A stretch of DNA of 63,325 bases, filler included, from Thraustochytrium aureum (Eukaryota), in NCBI GenBank assembly GCA_012862495.1. It is 8 parts of 5 records of this genome, joined end to end, with 100 filler letters (N's around TTAATTAATTAA, not from the genome) between each part and the next. Parts side by side here need not be neighbours in the genome. Positions count along the whole stretch, not along the records: positions 47,887 to 62,022 come from BLSG01000363.1; 7 more parts are not named here. One strand, 5' to 3'. The notes below the pieces were generated by a model, which was given only the letters and a program-made list of their open reading frames with translations, had not been told where the DNA came from and searched no databases. The position numbers and the translations under genes were made by a program. Shown here piece by piece: positions 47,910-60,368 of the stretch. Numbering within the stretch: position 1 is the stretch's first letter; each line of letters opens with the position of its first letter.

Positions 47910-50869
47910 TCATGAGCGTGAGCTGGATCCCGGGGTTGCGCAGCAAAAGTCTCGAAACCCTTCCTTGTCAATCTCGAAAATGGACCCACTCGTATGCGCA
48001 ACGAAGGCCACCTGCGAAGGGTACTTGCTTGCTTCTTCCTCGCACTTGCCGAGGACCGCGTATTTGTACACGTTCGAAGGGATAAAAATTGCCCCAGCGC
48101 GGATGGCAACTGGACTCACAAAGACCCCAGACAGGCTTCGGCGACGCGCGGGCTTCTTCGTTGTCTCTGCGCTCGCTCCGCTCTCGCCACCGCCACTTAA
48201 CACGCTGCGCGATGACGCTTCCGCGTTCGCAATCAAGTGAGGCTCACTGGTGACCAAGAATTCGCCCTTCTGGACGACGATAATATGGTCCGCGAGGTCG
48301 CCCTGCCCGCAAATGGTGGCCCCCCTTTCAATGGTACGCGGGGTGCGCGTGAGCGACTGCAGCGCCGTCTTCTGCGGGAAGCTGAGGTGCGAAAACACGC
48401 TGTTTCGCTTGAGCACCGCGGAAAACCCCTTGCTTCGCATTGCCTCGAGCATGAGCAAGCGCTTGTGCGCTTCGGGGCAGCTCTGCAAAAACTGATTGAA
48501 AGCGAACTTGTTGATGTCGATGATCTCGACGTCCGTGATTGCGGTCAGCTTCATGTGCTCCATGTTGCCGTTCATGGCGGAAATCTCCCCGAAATAATCA
48601 CCCAGCTTGAGAATGATGGCCTCTTTGCCTTCGCGCTCAACCTTGAGGACGCCCTCGGCCATGATGAAGAAAATGCCACCGACCGTCCCGGAAAATTCGT
48701 AGCCAGATCGGTACCTGTGGCGCGAGGCCATCTCAAGCAAGTAGATGCACTGTTTGATGTCCGCGTCGCGGAAGATGTCGGTCTGCGCGCACAACTGCAG
48801 CGTGTGGATCGCCCTGTCGTTGGCACGCGGCGCGTTGTGAATCGTTATCGTGTTGTCGAAACCTGCGCGCGCTTTGCGCAGACCGGCGTCCTCTGCCGCC
48901 TTGTCGGCGATGTGCACTGCAAACAGGCGCTCCCGCACCGACTCTGGCAGCTTTTGCAGCGTCGAGGCCGGCGTGTGGATTGGGGGCACACCACACTCGT
49001 GCAGGACGAGATCGCAGTCCCAGGGAAAGTCTAACAGCGCCTGCTTGCGCTCTGCGCTGATGATGCCCCGCTCCTGCAGGGCGTCCAGGCCATCAGGGTC
49101 GTTGAACGTGTCGCCAGAGTACGACAGCGTCTTCGAGCCGCACGTGACCTTGAACCCAATACATGGGAGCGCATGCAGTGCGTAGAAAAACTCAAACACT
49201 CCGCCGTGCAAAAAGGTAGGCTCCGCTATGCTCACCTCCTTGAAGTCGAGCAGCCTCTTGAGAAACTCGGCGTCCAGGCCAGACACCGCGCTGTACTTGC
49301 GGATAAAGTGCGCGTAGATCGTTTTGGTTGTCACGAGCGTCGTGCGACGCTCCTTGAGGATCTTTTGGAACGTACCTGCGTCGTGGTCGGCGTGGCAGTG
49401 CGTGAGGATCACCGACGTGACAAGGCGAGGAGAGACCCCATTCATCATCAAATACGCGTCGCAGTGCGGCGGAGGGTCCACCGCGACGCCGTAGCCGTGC
49501 ATCCAAACGATAAAACCGGTCGTCGTCCCGTCCTTGTCAAAACCGTGAGAGTTTCCGAGCATCGTGACGCCAAAGTCAGGGGGCGTGAACGTGCCGGTGC
49601 TCACCAAGCAGTACAAGTCGTCATCAAGCTTGGCGCTTGGGGCCACAAAGCCCCCCCCAGAGGCCAACGCTTTGAACGAGCTTGTTCGACCCGCGCCCTT
49701 TGGCGTCGCAGCGGTCTCCGCCGCTCCTTGCAAAGCATGCTGGCCGTCCTCACGGTCGCCGTCCTTGCGCTCCTCGACCTCTTTGTCTTCTGCCTCGCGC
49801 TCAGAGACCTCGACGTCGAGCTGCGCGTCCAGCTCGCGCTCGAGGATGATTATGTCCCTGTGCTGCCTTTCGAGAATCTCCGGGGAAGGTACGAACGAGG
49901 CGAGGCTGTACGGCACCGAGGCGATCTCTCTGCCGTTTTCGATCACGGCATACCTCTCCTCGTTGCGCAGGTCCTGGATGATGAGCGAGTATGATGGCAA
50001 CATTCCGACGCTGTCACCCAACTCGTCGTCGTCGCCCTCATGCGACTCGGCCGCCTCGTCCTTGGAGTCCTTGGGCACGGCCGGCTTGCCTGCAGCCGCT
50101 GGCGCCTCGGGGCCCTTCAGGTCGCTCAGGTCCCCCTTGCCAAACTCGTCAAAGCGGATAAAGTGGATGAGCGTGTCGCATGAGATAACGCGCCCGTTGC
50201 GCGGCTCCTTGAAGTAGTCGATCTCCTTGCGGAGGTCAGGCCGCGCAGCGAACACCGACGGGTCTGCAAATTTGCCGTACTCGTCGTCCTGGTACAGAAA
50301 CTCGTCCGCGGGGCCTTCCAGCGTCTCCTCGAACGCGACGCGAATGTCTTTCTCTTGGTCCTTGGTGACCATGAGCCGCACGTACTTTTGCAGGAAGAAA
50401 AAATTGAAGTACGCTGGGAACTCGATCTCGGCCACGTTGATACCGAGCTCCAGATTGAAGCGCTCCTGAGGGACCACAAACACGCTCGGCACGCTCAAAC
50501 CGAGGGCCATCGAGTCCTTGATCGTGTCTGGCGGGACGCCGAACTGGATGGCTCCCGCCCGGGTGCGCACGTACACCCCCCCGCGGGGGAGCTGGATGAG
50601 CGTGGAGAGCAGTGCGTCCGATGTCGGTTGGCGGGTGACGAGCGCAGAGTGGATTCCACCTCCGCACTGCTGCGTGCTGAGACGAGTAAAGTTGGTGCTC
50701 ACGCTCTTCCTGTCATCATCTTCGTCATCAGATGCCGATCCAGGCACGCTGACGCGCGTGCTGCCCAGCTTTGTTCGCGCATTTGAGCTGACCGAGCTTC
50801 CAGAGACGCTTCCACTCTCGATTCCCTTAATGCGGTTCACTTCGGCCTCGATCTCCTTGTTCACTTGCA
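47910..50869 (-). CDS. Metallo-beta-lactamase-fold cyclic nucleotide phosphodiesterase with two cNMP-binding-like domains (Dictyostelium GbpA/PdeD type); 5' truncated
   Basis: IQFGVPPDTIKD, LGNSHGFD, ILTHCHADHDAGT (HxHxDH), HALPCIGF, YSGDT, HECGVPPIHTP, then GDYFGEIS and ICGQGDLADHIIVVQKGEF. Confidence 0.88.
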
Positions 50870-51736
50870 NNNNNNNNNNNNNNNNNNNNNNNNNNNNNNN
50901 NNNNNNNNNNNNNNNNNNNNNNNNNNNNNNNNNNNNNNNNNNNNNNNNNNNNNNNNNNNNNNNNNNNNNNNNNNNNNNNNNNNNNNNNNNNNNNNNNNNN
51001 NNNNNNNNNNNNNNNNNNNNNNNNNNNNNNNNNNNNNNNNNNNNNNNNNNNNNNNNNNNNNNNNNNNNNNNNNNNNNNNNNNNNNNNNNNNNNNNNNNNN
51101 NNNNNNNNNNNNNNNNNNNNNNNNNNNNNNNNNNNNNNNNNNNNNNNNNNNNNNNNNNNNNNNNNNNNNNNNNNNNNNNNNNNNNNNNNNNNNNNNNNNN
51201 NNNNNNNNNNNNNNNNNNNNNNNNNNNNNNNNNNNNNNNNNNNNNNNNNNNNNNNNNNNNNNNNNNNNNNNNNNNNNNNNNNNNNNNNNNNNNNNNNNNN
51301 NNNNNNNNNNNNNNNNNNNNNNNNNNNNNNNNNNNNNNNNNNNNNNNNNNNNNNNNNNNNNNNNNNNNNNNNNNNNNNNNNNNNNNNNNNNNNNNNNNNN
51401 NNNNNNNNNNNNNNNNNNNNNNNNNNNNNNNNNNNNNNNNNNNNNNNNNNNNNNNNNNNNNNNNNNNNNNNNNNNNNNNNNNNNNNNNNNNNNNNNNNNN
51501 NNNNNNNNNNNNNNNNNNNNNNNNNNNNNNNNNNNNNNNNNNNNNNNNNNNNNNNNNNNNNNNNNNNNNNNNNNNNNNNNNNNNNNNNNNNNNNNNNNNN
51601 NNNNNNNNNNNNNNNNNNNNNNNNNNNNNNNNNNNNNNNNNNNNNNNNNNNNNNNNNNNNNNNNNNNNNNNNNNNNNNNNNNNNNNNNNNNNNNNNNNNN
51701 NNNNNNNNNNNNNNNNNNNNNNNNNNNNNNNNNNNN

Positions 51737-52845
51737 CGGGGACTCAGACAATCAACCAAAGCGCGAGGATAGCGTCGCGCTGGCGCAGCTGCTGCGCGAG
51801 CAGGGCGTGCCGCTGACCCTAATCCAGAACCTGGGCGTTCTACCGTTTGAGACGCGCAACGACGCCTGCCACGTGCTGTCGTACATGATCCAGAGCGACC
51901 TCGGCGGGTTTGCCACAAAGTACCTCCGCACGCGGAGTTGCCAGGTCGTGCGGCTTTTGGTCGATCTTTTCGCAGACGCGGGGATCGCCTTGCACTGCGG
52001 GTCGCTCCTCCGCGACTGCCTGCGGTACGAGTTCCTCGCCGCAGAGTTTCTCGAGAAGAGCTGCTGGGTCTACGACAAGTTCTTCGACGAGTACCTGGTG
52101 TGTGAGTCGTTCGACATCAGCTCGGACGCGTTCGCGACGTTCCGGCTCTCGCTGACCAAGCACATGACACTGGTGCCGCCGTTCCTCGTCGAGAACTACG
52201 AGCACTTTTTCCAAAAGTACAACAAGCTACTCATCTCGGACCAGTACGTTACGCAGCGCCAGAGCCTCAAGCTGCTCGGCGAGCTGCTCCTCGACAGGCA
52301 AAACTACTCGGTGATGATCTCGTACATCGGCGACAAGGACAACCTGAAAATCATCATGAACCTCATGCGGGTCAAGTCCACAGCGATCCAGGCGGAGGCC
52401 TTTCACGTTTTCAAGGTCTTTGTTGCCAACCCGAAAAAACCGAGCCGGTGGCACAGATCCTTGGCAGGAACCGGGACAAGATTATCGCCTACCTGCACAC
52501 GCTCAACATCGACAAGGAAGACGACCAGTTCATCGAAGAGCGCAACCTCCTCATCGCAACGCTGTCCAAAATGAAGATCCCCGCAAAGGAGGCTGGCCCC
52601 GGGAGCGAGGGCGACGCGACAGCTGATCCGGCCACCATTGACCCGCCCTCGAGCGCGGACCCTTCCGCCGCACCAGCCCCGGCTCCTGCGCCCGCGCCAG
52701 CTCTGCAGCGCCCGCGAGCGCGGCGGGAGCGCCGGACGCGACGCAAGGAGAGGCTGGCGCGGCCGCTGAAGGCGATGCTGGTATTTGTGGCGGCACAGAG
52801 GCCGCGGAAGCAACGAACGCCGCGACTTCCGAAGGGGCTGCATCA
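51737..52845 (+). CDS. CAB39: MO25 / calcium-binding protein 39 homologue; partial, frameshift in the A-run at ~52435
   Basis: LPFETRND, ALHCGSLLRDC, FDISSDAFATF, YVTQRQSLKLLGELLLDRQN, EAFHVFKVFVANP, then ILGRNRDKII...DDQFIEER in the shifted frame. Confidence 0.92.
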
Positions 52846-53454
52846 NNNNNNNNNNNNNNNNNNNNNNNNNNNNNNNNNNNNNNNNNNNNNNNNNNNNNNN
52901 NNNNNNNNNNNNNNNNNNNNNNNNNNNNNNNNNNNNNNNNNNNNNNNNNNNNNNNNNNNNNNNNNNNNNNNNNNNNNNNNNNNNNNNNNNNNNNNNNNNN
53001 NNNNNNNNNNNNNNNNNNNNNNNNNNNNNNNNNNNNNNNNNNNNNNNNNNNNNNNNNNNNNNNNNNNNNNNNNNNNNNNNNNNNNNNNNNNNNNNNNNNN
53101 NNNNNNNNNNNNNNNNNNNNNNNNNNNNNNNNNNNNNNNNNNNNNNNNNNNNNNNNNNNNNNNNNNNNNNNNNNNNNNNNNNNNNNNNNNNNNNNNNNNN
53201 NNNNNNNNNNNNNNNATTCCGGCCGACTCGTGAGAGGTGTCGACCAGTAGTAAATCTGAAAAAGCACAGGCTTTACATGACTTGGCGTGACATGCCCAGC
53301 CCCGACAGCACCGGCTCCATGGCCGCGTCGGCGCGGCTCGGCTCGACTGATCCGAGCAGCTCGCCTGCAACATAGATAGCTAGCTAGCTCGTCAAACAGA
53401 AGAGCACGGGACAAGGGAGAACAACGCAAGAAATCAGGACAAACAGTTGATTGG

Positions 53455-56400
53455 TTAGACCTCGACAGACTCTGTCGACGACGAGCGCACGCGAGCCGAC
53501 GTCGAAGAAGGCGGCGGGAACGACGGCGATCCCGAGACAATAGACTCGGGCGCCCCTGCGAACACCGGGTTGCTGGAGCGCACATCCGCCTCCATCAATC
53601 CAAAGCGCTTTTGCCAAGCCTCGATGCGCTCGTCCGCGGCGGCCTCACCCTGGGCGGTAGAGCAGCACCAGTCGCTGAGCTTGGAGCAGGCGGTTTCCTC
53701 GATGGCGGCATAGTCCTCCGCGTTCTCGTTGTCGAGGTTGAAGAAGGACGACACGCCTTCGACGCCCTCGTTGGGAGCTTCAAACGTGTACGTGAACATG
53801 CGCACGGTAAACTTGGCGATGCGACCGAGCCGCTTCGGGCGCACGTCGTTTCGGAGATGGTGGTAAGCGGCAAAGTAGCGATCGTCAATAACGGCGCGCG
53901 CTATGACGGTGACGATGTAGAAGGCAGCCAGCTGCATCACGACACCGACGATGAGGACGTACGCGGTGGGCTCGAACGAGCCCACGACGTTGAGGCAGTA
54001 GCCGTCAGTGTCCGCGTCGCGCACGATGGTCGCAATCGCGGCCTTGACAAAGCCACAGATGTCGTTGGTGATAAAGTCCACGATGAAGGCCGTCACTGGC
54101 TGGATCTCGATGATGGTTGCCACCAACCCAACGACCAAGACCTCGATGGCGCTCCAGTACGAGGCGATCTTGGCCCAGAACAGAACTGCTTGAGGTTGGG
54201 GAGCGACTGCGGCATCACGAAAAGCGCGATCAACAGCCCGATGGTCGCGAACGGGCCCCCCACAACGCAGATAAAGTAGAGTAGCTGGAAGAAGATGATC
54301 ACCAGGCGATCCCCGGCATTTGTCGCTGGCGCGTCGCCCAAAGTCGAACCCAGAGAGAACACGGAGTAGGTCTTGGTGGAGAGCTGGCCCTCGATCGGCT
54401 CGTTCGCGTTGGCATTGTCCTCGAACAACTCCAACAATAGACCGACGAGACCATCCAACTCGAACGTAATCAGCGGGAGTGTGATGCCTACGAGGATCAG
54501 CAGACCTGAGGCGCCGACAAGAGCCAGGATCGCGACGGCGCCCTTCTTGCTCACCCGGCGAACGTGGCCCTTCGAATCCTTTCCAATGAAAGTGTGCGTC
54601 ATGATCGAACGCTTGACAACGGCCCGCGCAGGAATCTTGCCCTCAAAGTGGTTGCCAGCAATCTTGTCCTCGCTCACATTGTTCGACTCCTCGACCCGGT
54701 CGTGCATGACAATGATGATGTGGTTAATGATGAGCGAGGTGGACGCCACGAAGCAGAGCAGGATGATGCCCGACTCCGGTGTAACGTTGACGTCAGCGAC
54801 AAAGAAGTTGCTCGGCAGAAACTGGACGTAGCTCAGGTAGCTCGCCTTGACGTACGTGCGGAGGGCGGCGAGCATGATCACAATCACGTACACGTCCAGA
54901 AACGACCATTTGCCAAGCATGTCGAGCAGCTCGAGCCACCAGCGCCGGGTGTGGGGGCGGATCAGCGTGCTCGGGCAGAACCAGAATCCAAGAAGCATCA
55001 GGTTCTTGACCACCGGCCACGCGCAAGAGGCGACCGCGATGAGCACTGCGAGCGGCCAGGCACCAGAATTCCACATGTCGTTGATCGTGCTCACAATGGT
55101 GAACGGCACGAGGGTAATCTGCTGGTGACCTGACCCAGCACGGTGAACTGGATCACGATGTTGGCGGCGTCGCTAAAGACGATGGCGACAACAAGGCCAA
55201 TCACGTTGAGAATGCAGACCACCGGGATGATGTACTTTGCCGCTTGGGGGTCATCGGGTGCTGGAACAAGCTCTTCATGCGCAGCTCCACCATGGCCAAG
55301 AGGCCGCCGATCTCGCCTTCGTCCGTGATCTGCTTGTACTTGGCCAAGGCGCGCGCCATGGTCGTCTTTCGGCGCTGCTTGTGCGCCGGGAACAGCGCCC
55401 ACATCCCCACGGAGCCCACGCCCACGATGCCCACAAAAATGAGGCCGAACAGCGATGCAATGTCCTCAAGCGAACTGGACGGTTGCTGCAGCGTTTCTTC
55501 CAAGATCCCGAGAATCTTGGCGCACTGCGACTTGGAGGTGCCCAAAAACACGTCGATCGCGCCTTGGGCGCCTTGGCTGTCGATGTAGGCGGTGAACCAG
55601 GACACGAGCCCGTTGAAGAGCCCGCCGATCTCGGCACCGTTCTCGCTGTTGAGCGAGGAGCCCTTCTCGAGGCCATATCCTTCAAACAAGTCGCACGTGC
55701 CAAGGCACTCAATTTCCACCTTGATCTCCGAGGTGGAGAGGTTGAACTTTTGGATCTCCAACTCGGCCACAGGAGCGAACAGGCACGGCAGCTCGTTGAA
55801 CTCGGAAACGCTGCTAAAGCGCACCCCCATAGCGTCAGCGAGGTTGATCTTCATCATGATTTGCATGCCGACCTCGATGCTGCTCGCCTTGAGGTTGACG
55901 CGCAGTTGGTTCTTCATGTCTGGCTTGGAGACGAACAAGTCGGTGGCGTTCAAGTCGTACTGACCGTCGATCTCGACCTCCCCCTCGATGCGGAACTGGG
56001 TCAGTGTCATGTAGGGGATCTCCGTTCTGTCGAGCGAGGGGTTGGCGGTCGCATTGATGCCCGGCAGCCGGCGGCGGTCCTCGTCCTCGGCCTGCTCCAC
56101 GTCCGTGCGCTGGTACGGCTCAAAGAAGCGGAGGTAGTCGAACGTGTTGAATCCGCGCAGCCGCACGTCGGCCACCTGAATGCTGCCCGAGCCGTAGGTG
56201 ACGCCGTCGTAGACGAGGAGGACGTCCTCGAAGCGAATCTGCTCCTTGGCCAGCGAGGAGACGAACAGCTTGTCGGTGGCTGCGCCGATGACCGCGTTCA
56301 ACACCTTAAAAGTCGTCCGGAAAGAGGTACTCGGTGAAGAACTCTTGCACAAACAGCCAGTCCGGGGCTTGGTTGAACCGGTAAAAGACGTCGTCGCCCT

Positions 56401-59400
56401 CGAGAGGCACCGCAGGGAGGTCGGCGACCGCGGGGCACGCGCCGGGGACCTGCGCTTCGGTCCACAAATCCCGCATGTAATCGTTGAAGAACGTTCGGAG
56501 GCAGTTGTCGCAAATGCTCGGGATGGCTTCGATGTAAAACTCCTTGAGAAGCTCCACCGTCGCGCCGAGCAGCTCGACCACAGCCGGGGAGAGCAGCTCG
56601 TTGCTCTTGGTCGTCACGCTCGGTCCGGTCATGTTCGTGATGGACACGTCCAAGTAAGGGATGGCGAATCCGCCCTCGAACAGGGTGCTGATCACGCAAG
56701 TGATCGCGTCGTCGCTGAGGGTGATGTTCTGGGACTCGTCGACCCGCAGCAAGTGGCCCAGCGTCAGGTTGCCGAACTTGTTCTCGTCGATTGCGATGAT
56801 CGTATCCAGCGCAACCTCCAAGCCGCTGAGCCCCAGCTCTGTGGTGATCAGCTCGCGGACGACGCCAGGTCCCGTCTCGTTGACGGCGGCGAGGTCCATC
56901 TCCCACAAAGACTCGATGCGCACGTTGAGCGGGGTCTCATCGTCAAACCTGAACGAGTGGCGGAGCGTCATCGTCCCGACCGGGTTGAAGATGTCGTACG
57001 CCTTTTCGACAAGACGCTCGATGCCTTCCACGAACATTGTGCCCGCATCCAAGACGAGGCCAGGAATGATACGGTCGTCCTCGAGGAGAAATCCCAAAAT
57101 GGACAGAGGGAGCTGGAGGTTGACCTGCGGCTCGCCATTCAGCGGGTTGGTCCCCAGCACAAAGTACTCGCTGAGCAGGTTGTCGGTGCTGTTGGCCAGG
57201 CCGAACAAGATGCGGTTCAGGGTGCTCTTCTGGCCGACTTGCGCCGAATCGCCGCTTCCGACGAGCTGCTGCAAGAGCTCGATTCCGGTGCTCTGCTCCC
57301 AGTCATACACGTCGTCGACCTCGGACGCGTAACCCGTCACATAAAACTCCTCGGCGGGCGCCACGTCGAGACGGGCCGTCTTGTTGACGTCAGCAAGGCA
57401 GACCACCTCAAAGTAGGTAAAGTTGGGCAGCGAGAAGGAGATCTCGCTAGCGCCTTCCAGCGGGTCCTCGCGCTGCATGCAGTTGGCCGAGTTGACCTTC
57501 TCGTAGTACACGGGAATGTCTTCGATCTCGTCGAGGCCGTAGTTGAACACGCCGAAGAAGAGCGAGTTGATGAAGCCCTTGAATCGACGCTGCGTGCGGA
57601 GCCGCTTCTGGATAAACGGGTCGCTCAAGTCCACGACCCGGGGTCCAGCAGAGCCCCGCTAATGCCGTGGAGCGCGTCGACGATGCGCGACCCAGTGCCC
57701 TGAGCACGACCCCCTGCCTCCTGAATCACGTCAAAGTCGAGCGTCTCGAGTGTGGACAGGCGGCGGTCTTGCGGGAAGAGAACGCGCTTGAGGCCCTGCA
57801 GGAGGCACGGCACGTGGGTGCTCTGCGAAAAGTAGAGGTTGTTGAGCGACGTCTGGTCTACCATCACCTCGTTCATCAGAACGAAAAGTCCATCTCGCTG
57901 ACAGTGAGCACAAAGTACCACTTCTCGTCGAGCGCTGGCCCGCTGAACGTGCTGTCAGTGGCGATGTCGAAGGTGAAGCGAAACTCGAGCGGGGTGGGGG
58001 CCTCGAGCGCACCGCCAGGGGCTGCGAGCGTCCCGCCAAGGCCGAACTTGAAGTCTAGCCCACCGTCCACCTTTTCGTCACTGTGAGCCGCAGTGAGGCG
58101 GTAGATCGAGTTGACGTTGGTGACGCTAAAGTCGGTGAAGTGGAGCCAGTTCCCGGGCTTCTTGTAGGCAGGGATCTTCATCGACCGCTGGTAGTCGTCC
58201 TTGAGCTCCCAGTACCCAAGCGGAAAGCGAACCGGGTTGGCAGGGTCCGTGACGTTTCCCACGAGTCCAGCGCGAGCCAGGGGAGCTTGACCTCATAGAA
58301 CTTGAGGATCGAGTCCACCAGCTCGTTGATGTCCGAGTTTGTGTTGACGATAGGGTTGCCTCCCACTGCGTCGTTGATGATCGAGTACAAGTAGCTCGCG
58401 AACCCATTCTTGAAGTCCACCGTGATGATGCTCGGGTCGTCGAGGTTAGGAAACCACGGCGGGCAGTCGCTGATGCCCTTTTCAGCGTCCCACCGCGACA
58501 AAGCGCGTGGCCGTCATTTCGTTGAGCGCCTCGCGGCCGGGGCCCTGGAGCGCTCCAGGGAGCTTGGTGCGCAGCGCACCGCGCGCTGCTTCAGCAAAAA
58601 GCTTGACCGAGTCGAGGAGGAGGTCGTTCAAGCCCTGGTTGCTCGTCCCCCCAAAGTTTAGCAGCACGGGGTCCTCGATCTTGCCGATCTTGGCCTCCAG
58701 GCTCGGCGAGAAGAGCGAGTAAAACGGGGCCGAGGCACAGTGGCGGAACCAGTACCAAGCATTCAGCACGTCCTTCTCGAAGCGGTCCACGAGGCTCGAG
58801 ATCTGGCCGACCTTGAGAGGGTCCAGCTCGCTCGGGTTGAAGACCGTGTTGACGGCCAGAGTGAGGTCCAAGTCCTTCACGTTGAGCCCAAAGTCAAACG
58901 TGAACGAGTACGAGTCGTCTGTGCAGGTGGGCGGCTTGCTGGCGGGGAAGTTGCAGCTCTCGGTAACCCAGTCGCCGCGCTCCAGCTTGACGTACATGCG
59001 CAGCCTAAACGTGACGTCCTTCAGCACGATCCGGTTGGTCAGCGTGCGCCGGTAGGGCTCAAAGATGCCGTCGTCGTCGTCGTAGCCGTTCTGCAGGACC
59101 TTGAAGACCTCGATGGAGTTGGCGCCCCCGACAAAGATCTCGTCGATACGCACGGTCACGTCGGCGATGTTCGCTGGCACCTTGGTGCTGATGTCGCTGG
59201 CGATGAGGTCACCAGAGTCCAAAACGCCGACCGGGTCGGTGATCAGCTCGATCAGCTCGTTCACAACGAGCTTGCTCGGGTCTTCGCGGCTTGGGCTGCC
59301 GAGCCAGTCGTTGAGCGCCACGGACACCAGCTCCATGGTGGTGCTGTTCGAAAAGAGGAAGGTCTCGTTGAACTTGGGCTCATCGTTCAGGTAAGGGAAA

Positions 59401-60368
59401 CGTACCTTGAGCCTCGCGTCCGTATCTTCGAGGCGCAGGTCGTCTGGTTGCGCAGTGGCGGCCTCCTCGACAATATCGACAACCTCGGCCCAGAGAATGT
59501 TGAGGAGCCCCGGTTCCTCCTCCGCGGTCCCGGGCCGCAGGACGGCCATCTCCTCGATTATCTGGCACGTGATCGCCCCGAACAGGCCCTGCAGCACGTT
59601 GCCCAGCGCGCTGAGAATCCGGCTCCAGTTCAAGCGCTTGAAGATAAGCGTGTCCGCGATGATATTTGTGTTCGAGACGCACCATTTGGTGATGAACAGG
59701 TCGATGCAAATCTTGATGTACTCAAACTCGTCCTTCTCCAGGTTCGCGACCAGTCCGAGCCTTGGGTTGATGTCGCAGTCCTTTACAGGGATGCGGATTT
59801 CGCTCGGGATGTCCTCCTCGATGTTGTCGCGCGGCGGCAGCCAGTTCAAGTTGGCAACGACGGACAGGTCTGAGCCCTCCTCGTCTGCGGTCTGCTCGAA
59901 CTCGAACATGGCGTCTTTGAGGGACATGGTGATCTCGAAAAACCCGTCGAGGGGCCGCAGGAAGAGCCTGTCCAAGTCGATTTGGAACGTGCATTTTTCA
60001 CGCAGGCCACTGACCGCAGCGTTAACTGCCATGCTCTTGGCCCCCCCGTCGACAACGATCGAGCCATGGTCGATGGTGACGGCGTCCACCGACACTTTTG
60101 AGCACTGGAGGTCCCAGATCGTGTAGTCGCCCCTCTGCACGAGCTCCCCGAGCTTGTTGCACGCGCCGTTGTTGAGCAAGCAGACTTCGATGTCCAGCAC
60201 CGATGGCGGCAGGTTCTCCACATCCCCGGTGCAGGGCGATCCAGCGTGCAGGGGCCGGGCTTTTCGCCAAAGGTCTTGTCTTTCAGGTACTGCGACAAGA
60301 AGTCCGCTTTCGCGGGAGCGATGCCGCACGCCGCGGCCGCCAGGACGGCCAGCGCCGCGCCGGCCTTC
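53455..60368 (-). CDS. ~2,300-aa membrane protein: signal peptide, repeated ectodomain, C-terminal tandem PqiA/LetA-like TM domains; split by about nine frameshifts
   Basis: A chain of overlapping ORFs (59846, 58482, 58178, 57876, 57625, 56306, 55201, 55091, 54093, 53455) reads as one protein. PqiA signatures FTIVSTINDMWNSGAWPLAVLIAVASCAWPVVK...LDMLGKWSFLDVYV and YSVFSLG...WSAIEVLVVGL. Confidence 0.75.

Noticed and set aside
53455..60368. Programmed ribosomal frameshifting or RNA editing as the cause of the many frame changes (e.g. TTT-TAA at ~56306)
   Set aside because: Shifts go in both directions, share no motif, often lie in homopolymer runs, and also hit conserved genes such as MO25 and the dehydrogenase. 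Sequencing indel error is the simplest explanation; read polishing would settle it.
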